Source: Candidatus Latescibacterota bacterium
GTDB lineage: Bacteria > Latescibacterota > UBA2968 > GCA-2709665
Direction: 5' to 3'
NCBI GenBank assembly: GCA_965219995.1
Contig: CBDCOX010000002.1
Location: 1,440,001 to 1,504,000, forward strand
DNA: 64,000 nt
Position numbers and translations under genes: made by a program. The first letter of the stretch is position 1, and every line of letters begins with the position of its first letter. This document shows, one piece after another, positions 57,219 through 64,000 of the stretch. A model generated the notes under the pieces. The model saw only the letters and a list, made by a program, of their open reading frames with translations. It was not told the origin of the DNA and did not search any database.

Positions 57219-57782
57219 TCAATGTACGGCCGGCGCCGCCCGGTCGTTTTGTAATCCGCCACGATCGGTTTCCTGCTCAAGGGCATTCTCGAACTTTGCG
57301 ACCTCCGCACCGGACCGCAGGATCACGACGGTCTTTTCGTTCCTGATCCGTTCCAGGGATTCCAGGATGCCCGGCAGGCGTGTCCTGTTGTAGTTCCAGA
57401 TCCACTCCAGGAATTCGCGATCGGGCAACTGCTCCCGACAGCCGGGATGGATGTCCGGCCGGCTTCGTCCCAAATGCCTGATCGCCCTCCTGAATACTTG
57501 CAAGAGGCAGGTGAACCGGGGCAGCGCCAGCAGGATCACCGTATCGCCGGCTTCTATCCGCTCCTTCATCGTGCTGCCGTAGTTTCCGTCCAGTATCCAG
57601 GCGTCGCGCGCGCAGAGCGCCGTGTGCCGGCGCTGCCATTCCTCCTGCGGCGGTTTCTGCCAGTCGGGTTTCCAATAGACCGCGTCGAGGTGGACCACCG
57701 GCAAGTCCAGCAACGACCCGAGCCTGACCGCCAGCGTGGATTTTCCGGCGCCGCCGCAACCGATGATGCAGACCCGTCGCAT
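57219..57782 (-). CDS. topology modulation protein (FlaR)-like P-loop kinase
   Basis: IIGCGGAGKSTLA, HLD..YW, WILDGNY motifs. Confidence 0.88.
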   Translation of the reverse strand: MRRVCIIGCGGAGKSTLAVRLGSLLDLPVVHLDAVYWKPDWQKPPQEEWQRRHTALCARDAWILDGNYGSTMKERIEAGDTVILLALPRFTCLLQVFRRAIRHLGRSRPDIHPGCREQLPDREFLEWIWNYNRTRLPGILESLERIRNEKTVVILRSGAEVAKFENALEQETDRGGLQNDRAAPAVH

Positions 57783-57848
57783 GTCCGACACGGCGCCCTC
57801 GGCCCCGGTTCCTGGCTGTGTGTGTTCGTTGCACATCGCGCGCACGCC

Positions 57849-58709
57849 TCATCCCCATTTCAAGTCCGAAACGACCGGATAGTGGTCGCTGGGGTAGAGC
57901 GAACCCCGGTGGCGCCGTACGATCCAGGACTCTTCCACCTCCACCTCAACGGCGGGACAGCGGTAGAGGACCCAGTCCAAACGCCAGGAGAGATGATGCT
58001 GGAGCAAGTCGTATGCCGGTCCGTCATAGCCGTGATAGGTGTTCGACGCCGGACCGTCGCGAAGTCCGGCGCTCAGAAACGCGTCTTCGAAGCCTTTCTC
58101 TAGAAGGAAGCGATGTACCGCGTCGGTGATGGTGCTGCCCGCCGCGGCGGGATCCTCCACGCGGGGCGTCCACGGGTTGCAGTTGAAGTCTGCCGTCAGC
58201 AATTGGCGCTCCCCAGGTCTTGCAGCCGACGATATCCATCGGTTCAGCAGCGATGCGCCTTCGGTCCGCGCCTGCTCGCTGATGTGATCGAGATGGGTGT
58301 TGACATGTAGAAATTCCGCGTCAGTCGCCAGGTCGCGAAACCGGACCCACGTCGCCGTCCGAACGCAGGCCGATCCCCAGGAACGCGAGTAGTACTCCGG
58401 GGTTGCGCTGATCCAGAATCCGCCCCTCGAGCGTGGCCGAAGCCTCTCCCGCCGCCAGTAAACCGGGTTGAAGAGGTGGGGTGGATCGTTGGCGTGCGGG
58501 CCCTGGAAACTGTCGTACGCCTCCAGAGATTCGCCGAATGTGGCGAAATTCGGCCACTGAACTTCCTGAAAGCCGATAAGATCCGGCGACGTATCATCGA
58601 CCACCTCGCAGACCAGACCGGAGCGACCGGAACCGGTCCAGGCGTTCTCCGGCTCGTGTTCGTCGTATCCGCCGGCAATGTTGAAACTCATGACGCGAAG
58701 ACTTTCCAT
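57849..58709 (-). CDS. endonuclease/exonuclease/phosphatase family protein
   Basis: MSFNI, GFQEV, NTHLD, DFN, D, SDHYPV motifs. Confidence 0.9.
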   Translation of the reverse strand: MESLRVMSFNIAGGYDEHEPENAWTGSGRSGLVCEVVDDTSPDLIGFQEVQWPNFATFGESLEAYDSFQGPHANDPPHLFNPVYWRRERLRPRSRGGFWISATPEYYSRSWGSACVRTATWVRFRDLATDAEFLHVNTHLDHISEQARTEGASLLNRWISSAARPGERQLLTADFNCNPWTPRVEDPAAAGSTITDAVHRFLLEKGFEDAFLSAGLRDGPASNTYHGYDGPAYDLLQHHLSWRLDWVLYRCPAVEVEVEESWIVRRHRGSLYPSDHYPVVSDLKWG

Positions 58710-58783
58710 CTACCTGTACGGTCCTTCCGTTTTTCGGCATGTATGGACTCGATGTCCGGAATCCGAATCCTTCCGCTCCTGGA

Positions 58784-59089
58784 TTATCCGCCGGGGATGC
58801 GCGGACGCACCTCCCGGTCCAACCTGTCCGAAAGCTCGTCCTCGGCGACCTCGAGTTCATAGTTGGTCTGAATGCTCATCCAGTATCTGGGTGAGGTGTA
58901 GAAATATCGCGCGAGCCTCAACGCCGTATCCGCGGTGATGCCGCGTTTGCCCAGGACAATCTCATTGATGCGGCGAGGGGGCACCCCGATGGATAGTGCC
59001 AGATGGTTCTGGCTTAGATCCATCGGCTTGAGAAACTGTTCCAGCAATACGATTCCGGGATGAACGGGAACCGTTTCCCCAGCAGACAT
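58784..59089 (-). CDS. higA: HigA family antitoxin (XRE-HTH), orphan with no adjacent HigB toxin
   Basis: HPG..L...FL.P, RINEIVLGKRGITADTALRLARYF, W...Q..Y motifs; GGAG RBS. Confidence 0.93.
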   Translation of the reverse strand: MSAGETVPVHPGIVLLEQFLKPMDLSQNHLALSIGVPPRRINEIVLGKRGITADTALRLARYFYTSPRYWMSIQTNYELEVAEDELSDRLDREVRPRIPGG

Positions 59090-59161
59090 AGATTCATCTC
59101 CACGGGCGATCGTCTGCGTGTACAACCTCACAGGCGGCGCGGGCGGGACCGCCGCCAGGAT

Positions 59162-59190
59162 ATTATATAACGTTTTTCGTTAAATGACAA
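59162..59190 (-). promoter_or_regulatory. sigma70 promoter of higA
   Basis: Minus strand reads TTGTCA-N17-TATAAT; the spacer contains the palindrome TAACGAAAAACGTTA. Confidence 0.8.
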
Positions 59191-59308
59191 GTGTTAAATG
59201 AGATACGTTTAATATAATATATTAAATTATAAACGTTAAATGATTTTCATTAAATGGTATCCGTTTAATGTATCTCGTTTAATGTTATCCGTTAAACGTT
59301 TTACGTTA
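59169..59308. repeat. array of ten abutting 14-bp palindromic units, consensus AAYG-N5-CGTTW (putative HigA operators)
   Basis: Exact 14-bp period over 140 bp in an AT-rich island within GC-rich DNA. Confidence 0.88.
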
Positions 59309-59337
59309 TATCTTAAGGCGAACACAATCGTGGGAGA

Positions 59338-59399
59338 CCCTCACCCCCCAGCCCCGCAAACCTCTCCCCCCGGCCCCCTCTCCCGGGGGGAGAGGGGGT
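59338..59399. repeat. REP-like hairpin (CCCTCACCCC...CCCCCTCTCCC/GGGAGAGGGGG)
   Basis: Perfect GC stem at 59374-59398 downstream of the methyltransferase gene; may also terminate transcription. Confidence 0.6.
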
Positions 59400-59437
59400 G
59401 AAAACCGGAAAATCCGGCCACGCGTCGGGCGGAGCGG

Positions 59438-60127
59438 TCAGCTTTGGGTGATCCGCAGCATGTTCGAGTCGCCTCGGCGGAACTCGAAGGGCACGGGTAC
59501 GCGTTCGACGTTTGCCGACCGTTGCAGGGTCTGAATGGTAGCGCGCAGATGCTCCGATGGATTGCCGGCCAGGTCGAACAATGGAAATACCCGGACCTCT
59601 CTCCCCACTCGAAGCAGTTCCCGGAGGAATGAAAGGTGCGTTTCGAGGTTGAATTCCGAGGAGAACAGAAACAACATGTGGGAACAGAGGACGAGATCGA
59701 AGAATTTCGACCGGAAGGGTAAGGCGGGAAGAACCCCAGAGACGTACCGGCCACGCCGGTCTTCCGACCGGAAGTCGCGGAGGAAGGTTGCGAGAACGTC
59801 CCGTCGCAGCTGGATAACCGCTTCGGGGCTACCGTAGTGGTTCCACAGAAACCGTTCACGCGCCTTTCGCGTTCCCGCAAGCATGCGCGCGCCTGTGCGT
59901 TCGAAATCGGCTTCCAGGTTCCGGCCTGAGAACCTGTAGATTGGATCGACGGCGACGACGAATCGCCCTGTCCCGCCCCATTCTGCGGAGAATGACGACG
60001 TTCCGCCTCCGCAGTCCAGTATCCGCGCGGATGACGGGACATCGGACAACGCGAAGAACGCCTCGTATTCAGCCGCGCAGCGGCCCCAGGCGGGAACGGA
60101 ACCGCCGAAATCGAACTCACTGGACAT
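59438..60127 (-). CDS. SAM-dependent methyltransferase
   Basis: ILDCGGG.SSF, VDPIY, LPF...FDLVLCSH.LFL, EVRVFPL motifs. Confidence 0.85.
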   Translation of the reverse strand: MSSEFDFGGSVPAWGRCAAEYEAFFALSDVPSSARILDCGGGTSSFSAEWGGTGRFVVAVDPIYRFSGRNLEADFERTGARMLAGTRKARERFLWNHYGSPEAVIQLRRDVLATFLRDFRSEDRRGRYVSGVLPALPFRSKFFDLVLCSHMLFLFSSEFNLETHLSFLRELLRVGREVRVFPLFDLAGNPSEHLRATIQTLQRSANVERVPVPFEFRRGDSNMLRITQS

Positions 60128-60154
60128 CAGGTGGACAGCCAGGAACGAACACCG

Positions 60155-60288
60155 AATTCAACATCTACAACTCTCCAAAATCCCTAAAGGAGGTCGAAAA
60201 ACAGCAATGTGCGACCGTCTGCCAACAATTGTCAGTTAGAATCAGAGTCGAGAATCAAATTCAACATCCACATCTCCCCAAATTCCCT
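60155..60288 (+). repeat. 31-bp imperfect direct repeat
   Basis: AATTCAACATCTACAACTCTCCAAAATCCCT (60155-60185) vs AATTCAACATCCACATCTCCCCAAATTCCCT (60258-60288), 27/31 identical. Confidence 0.7.
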
Positions 60289-60725
60289 GCCTCCGGCGGG
60301 TTCCTTTTGAAGCGACCAAAAGGAACCAAAAGTCGCCGCTGGGCGCGGGGCCTGCGATATGCACAGCGCGAACACCCTCACAGGACGCTGGAGATTCTCT
60401 GGCCTTGCACCTGTGGAAGCATATCGAACCGCGTTGCTGGACGGATCAGCGCGCTCTGCTCTGGAAGTCGTCCGGTCTGGTAACACCTTCGTGGCCCGAT
60501 TGGCGCCTGAATGATGAGGACAGCCGTTAGCCGAAACCGGTTAGCGAAACGGTCAAGCGACTTCAATTCACGGACATCTGGCTTTCGTAGGGGCGGCTCG
60601 CGAACCGCACGGAATACGGCTTCTGCGCTAGCCTTACAGGCGCTCGGAACGCGGTTTCAATGGTTGCTTGTCCCCCGGCATGCGACTTGTCAGAACGCGA
60701 TGGATTAACCGCAGGCGGACCAACT

Positions 60726-60753
60726 CGTCTACCGTCTTCCGTCTCCCGTCTAA
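60726..60753. repeat. four tandem heptamers CGTCTNN
   Basis: CGTCTAC CGTCTTC CGTCTCC CGTCTAA; same unit as in 9064-9345; contains the stop codon of the GrpB gene. Confidence 0.65.
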
Positions 60754-61727
60754 CCGGTTTTTGGGCGTCCGTTCCGGACGACAGCTTCGATAAACTCGCC
60801 TTTGCCTGCCTGATAGGACGCCCGGTCCTTCGGGAACCGGTGCGCCAGGTCCCGTTTCAATCTCATGTAGTCGTCCGCAAGGCCGCGGTCCGATCGCAGG
60901 CGGTCCCTGAAACGGACGATCTCTTTCCAATCCGCGCTGGTTTTCTCGAACATGTGAATGTGATGGGTGCGAGGCGCACCTTTCCGGAAGAAGTGCCTTC
61001 GAGGGATGCCGTTTTCTCCCCTGTATTCGTACCCGATCCCACCGAGGGGCTGTATGCATACCCTGGCGCGTTCAAAATTCCTGACGGCGACCGCGATGTC
61101 CAACACCGGCTTGGCGGACATTCCCGGTATGGACGTGCTGCCCACGTGCTGGATGTCCTCCACATAATCACCGATCGTTTCTTCGATATTCTCTTTTTCC
61201 AACTTGAAGAGGGAGCTCCATTCTTCCAGATATGGGAAAACCGACACCTCCCCGCGATTCAAACCCAGCAGGGGTCCCCTGCTGAACAGTTCCGGGATAT
61301 GGCCCGGCGTCAGGAAAGTACGTAATTCCGGATCCACCATCGAGATGGATTCGTGCGAAATCCAGGAAAAGGCGAAGACAACGCCGGATTCCGGACCCAC
61401 CGTTCCGACGTGTTCCCACCTGTCCGGTAAATGAGGATCGGCATTGAACAGAAAGTCCGTCCGTTCCACGTCCGATTGGATATACGGCTTGAATTAGCCG
61501 GTCTTCCCGATCCTGCGGATGAACTGCAGGTTCTCGATTCCCGATTCCTCACGGGTTTCGCGGTGGGCGGCCTGAAGCGGCGTTTCACCGGCCTCGACGT
61601 TTCCCCCTGGCAGGCGATAGTATTCGTACCCGATGGATTTGAGTTCGAGGACGAGCAATTCGCATGTCCCATCCTCGTCGTACCTGATAATCAGCGCGAA
61701 CGCTTTGTGGACGAGCGGGTTCTTCAT
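60750..61727 (-). pseudogene. NUDIX hydrolase-GrpB (UPF0157) fusion interrupted by an in-frame TAA at 61494-61496; the GrpB part may be translated separately
   Basis: NUDIX box GGNVEAGETPLQAAHRETREESG, then TAA, then the same frame stays open through HVGSTSIPG..AKP.LD and FRD.LR of GrpB. Confidence 0.7.
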
Positions 61728-61779
61728 TGTCCTGGAACATGCGCCGTGGGAATTGTGGGTGCGTATCTCATTGATTCTA

Positions 61780-62274
61780 TCACTGTTGCGACGATATCCC
61801 CAGTCGTTTGCGGATGACCGCCAGTGTCTCCTCGGGCGTCTGGTTTCCGTTGTCGATCACGGTTCCGATTCCCGGATCGATATGCGAAGACCGATATTGT
61901 TCCCGTATGCGGTTTCGTTCCCGCTGAGACAGTTGCCGGCCGCCTCGATCGGAAACCGCTAATTCAACGGGCGGCCGGAGCGTGAACGCGTGTATGGAAA
62001 CGCAGGCGTCTTGCGCTTCACGTTCGAAGGCCGCGTAGTCACGATGTGAAATCGGCCACGTAACCACAACGTTGAACCCGCGCGAGAGCCAGTTTCGCGT
62101 CAGCATCGCGGCATCATCGACACAGTATGGACACGCTTCCGCCAGGCTCAGACAGTCGGCGAAGTGACGCAGTTCGTCGACCTCGATGTGTACGGTCCCG
62201 GGCAGGTTTTCCGCCAGAAGACGACCGACGGTCGACTTGCCGGAATTGATCGAACCGTTGATATAGATCAGCAT
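61780..62274 (-). CDS. P-loop small-molecule kinase (AAA_33-like)
   Basis: INGSINSGKSTV Walker A; R.R lid; IDN...TPEE. Confidence 0.8.
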   Translation of the reverse strand: MLIYINGSINSGKSTVGRLLAENLPGTVHIEVDELRHFADCLSLAEACPYCVDDAAMLTRNWLSRGFNVVVTWPISHRDYAAFEREAQDACVSIHAFTLRPPVELAVSDRGGRQLSQRERNRIREQYRSSHIDPGIGTVIDNGNQTPEETLAVIRKRLGISSQQ

Positions 62275-62286
62275 GGGGCGTGGCCG

Positions 62287-63054
62287 TCAGTCGATGAGGC
62301 CCCAGAGACGCTGCCGGTCGGCGGACCAGCCCGCCCAATCGGGGTGCACGTGTTTGATCGCCTCCAGGTCGCGCTTGCGGCCGCCCGCCGGGAAGTAATT
62401 CCACCCCATCGCACGCCGGGGTCCTGCGGCGGTCTTCAATCCTGTCGCGTGCCAGCAGGAGGGCGTCCACACCAGGGTCCACCGGGGGTCGAGGATGACC
62501 TCCACCTCGTGCGGGTGGCGGGCGTACAGTTGCCCTGGCATTTCGTCGTGCGTTCCGGTCGCCAATTCGAGCTGCATCAGCTCGGCTCTGACCTCCTCGG
62601 GCGGACGGTGCTGGCTGCCGGGCAGCACCCGGAGCGGCCCGTTGCTGGCGTCGTGGCGGTCAAGTGCGGTACGAAAGGAGACCTGGCGGACTTCCGGGCT
62701 GCCGTCCGCGTGCCAGGGGACCTGGCGCTGGCCCGTCCTTTCCGCCTTCGAGGCATCTCCAATGCCGCAGGCGCCCACGTGCACCCTTTCCACGCCCAGA
62801 ACCTGCCGCGCCGCTTCCACGATCTCCGGGCGCTCCACCATCTGCAGCACCGGTTCGCCGATCATCAGAAACAGGCAGGCCAGTCGGTTGCATCCCGTGG
62901 GAAACTCGCTGCGTTCCCACTCCGGCTCCACTTCCTGCTGCCGGTTGTCGACCAGACGCACGCCTTGCTCCCCCAGGGGATTCGGGATGAAGAAGAACCC
63001 GTTGCGTTCGAAGTGCGCCAGGTGGACATCGCTGATCTTCAGTTGATTCTCCAT
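62287..63054 (-). CDS. phytanoyl-CoA dioxygenase (PhyH) family protein
   Basis: FERNGF, WHAD, NGPLRVLPGS, WHA motifs. Confidence 0.85.
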   Translation of the reverse strand: MENQLKISDVHLAHFERNGFFFIPNPLGEQGVRLVDNRQQEVEPEWERSEFPTGCNRLACLFLMIGEPVLQMVERPEIVEAARQVLGVERVHVGACGIGDASKAERTGQRQVPWHADGSPEVRQVSFRTALDRHDASNGPLRVLPGSQHRPPEEVRAELMQLELATGTHDEMPGQLYARHPHEVEVILDPRWTLVWTPSCWHATGLKTAAGPRRAMGWNYFPAGGRKRDLEAIKHVHPDWAGWSADRQRLWGLID

Positions 63055-63057
63055 GTT

Positions 63058-64000
63058 TCAAGCCCTCTCCACGGTTAACCTTGCGAGTTTGTCTTCATCC
63101 AGTTCGACACCCAGGCCGGGGCCCTCGAGCGGCCACAGATAGCTGCCCTCGGCCCTCACCCGCTCCCTTGCCGGCGATGCTGTGTACAGCACGGGTCCCA
63201 TCGGATCGCACGGTAACCGGACCTGGGGCGAGGTGATGCCCACCGCCACCTGCGCGCTGACGCCCAGCGTGGACTCCTGGTCGGTTCCGATCAGGCAGGG
63301 CAGTCCCGCCGCCTCCGCCACGGCCAGGATGCGCTTGACGTGGGTGGGACCGCCCGAGACGCAGGCCACGTTGAAGGCCGTACAGGCGCCGCGTTCGGCC
63401 GCCTCCCAGGCCTGCTGCAGGGAGCCGATGTGCCAGGTGACCGGCAGGTCGACGCGGCGGGTGAACTCGGCGCTGGAGCGCATCTCAACCGTCGGCTGCT
63501 CGAAGTGGAACGGGTCGTGACGCCGCAGCCTCTCGCCGTAGCGCAGCGCCTCCAGCCAGTCGCGGAAACGACCTGAGAAGTCGATGGACTTCAGCCGGAT
63601 CCTGTCGCCGTGCCTGGCCTTCATTTCGGTGAGGAAGCGGTCGTCCAGATCCACGTCGCCCGAGACGTAGTAGCGGAACAGGTGGTGGCCCAGATCGACC
63701 AGGCGCTGCAGATACGTGCCTGTGCGCTCGAAGTCCGCCGTCACCTGCCAGCCGAAGATCGGATAGCAGCAGTAGAGCGAGTCGCGCACCTTTCCTCCGA
63801 ACATCTGGTAGACAGGAACGCCCTGAACCTTGCCGTTGAGGTCGTACAGCGCCAGGTCCACGGCGCTGGCCACGTGCGGATTCGTGACCGTGCTGTTCCA
63901 GTTCCGGGCGCGGGCGAAGTCGTTGATTTCGTTGATGCAGCGTGCGTCACGCCCCTTCAACTGCTCGTTCAACTGCCGCGCCAGGGCGGGCACATCGGCG
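63058..64000 (-). CDS. mandelate racemase/muconate lactonizing enzyme family protein, 5' end outside window
   Basis: VDLALYDL.GK..GVPVYQMFGG, EQP, P.GPGLGVELDE motifs. Confidence 0.85.
   Translation of the reverse strand, partial: ADVPALARQLNEQLKGRDARCINEINDFARARNWNSTVTNPHVASAVDLALYDLNGKVQGVPVYQMFGGKVRDSLYCCYPIFGWQVTADFERTGTYLQRLVDLGHHLFRYYVSGDVDLDDRFLTEMKARHGDRIRLKSIDFSGRFRDWLEALRYGERLRRHDPFHFEQPTVEMRSSAEFTRRVDLPVTWHIGSLQQAWEAAERGACTAFNVACVSGGPTHVKRILAVAEAAGLPCLIGTDQESTLGVSAQVAVGITSPQVRLPCDPMGPVLYTASPARERVRAEGSYLWPLEGPGLGVELDEDKLARLTVERA

Noticed and set aside
59169-59308. CRISPR array interpretation of the periodic repeat
   Set aside because: The period is only 14 bp with 5-bp variable cores, and there are no cas genes.
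60505-60562. Hammerhead-ribozyme-like string (TGATGAG...CGAAAC...GTC)
   Set aside because: A stem III can be drawn, but the core C is missing and stems I and II do not pair convincingly. An Infernal scan would settle it.
51413-62274. Integron cassette array (many small co-oriented GNAT, kinase, methyltransferase and antitoxin genes)
   Set aside because: No integrase and no recognisable attC (RYYYAAC...GTTRRRY) sites between genes; several gaps are very short.

Overview
GC-rich bacterial chromosomal segment with about 60 CDS, mostly on the minus strand. I found no rRNA, tRNA, CRISPR array, transposase or integrase. Five PhyH dioxygenases, a sulfatase with its maturase, DegT aminotransferases, enolase-superfamily and Gfo/Idh/MocA enzymes, outer-membrane beta-barrels and many REP-like repeats suggest a diderm heterotroph of the marine or sponge-symbiont type (inference only). 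Main blocks: (i) a probable sugar or amino-sugar catabolic run (5.7-14.7 kb); (ii) an N-methylglutamate-type amine utilisation cluster with two amidotransferase/GXGXG pairs but one FMN subunit (15.1-27.0 kb); (iii) an EndoQ-UvrD fusion followed by two tandem membrane-anchored Cys-rich paralogs; (iv) two MNT-HEPN islets; (v) a run of small modifying enzymes. The most striking signal is an orphan higA antitoxin gene. Its near-consensus sigma70 promoter overlaps the proximal end of ten abutting palindromes with an exact 14-bp period (AAYG-N5-CGTTW, 59169-59308), which resemble HigA/GraA operators.
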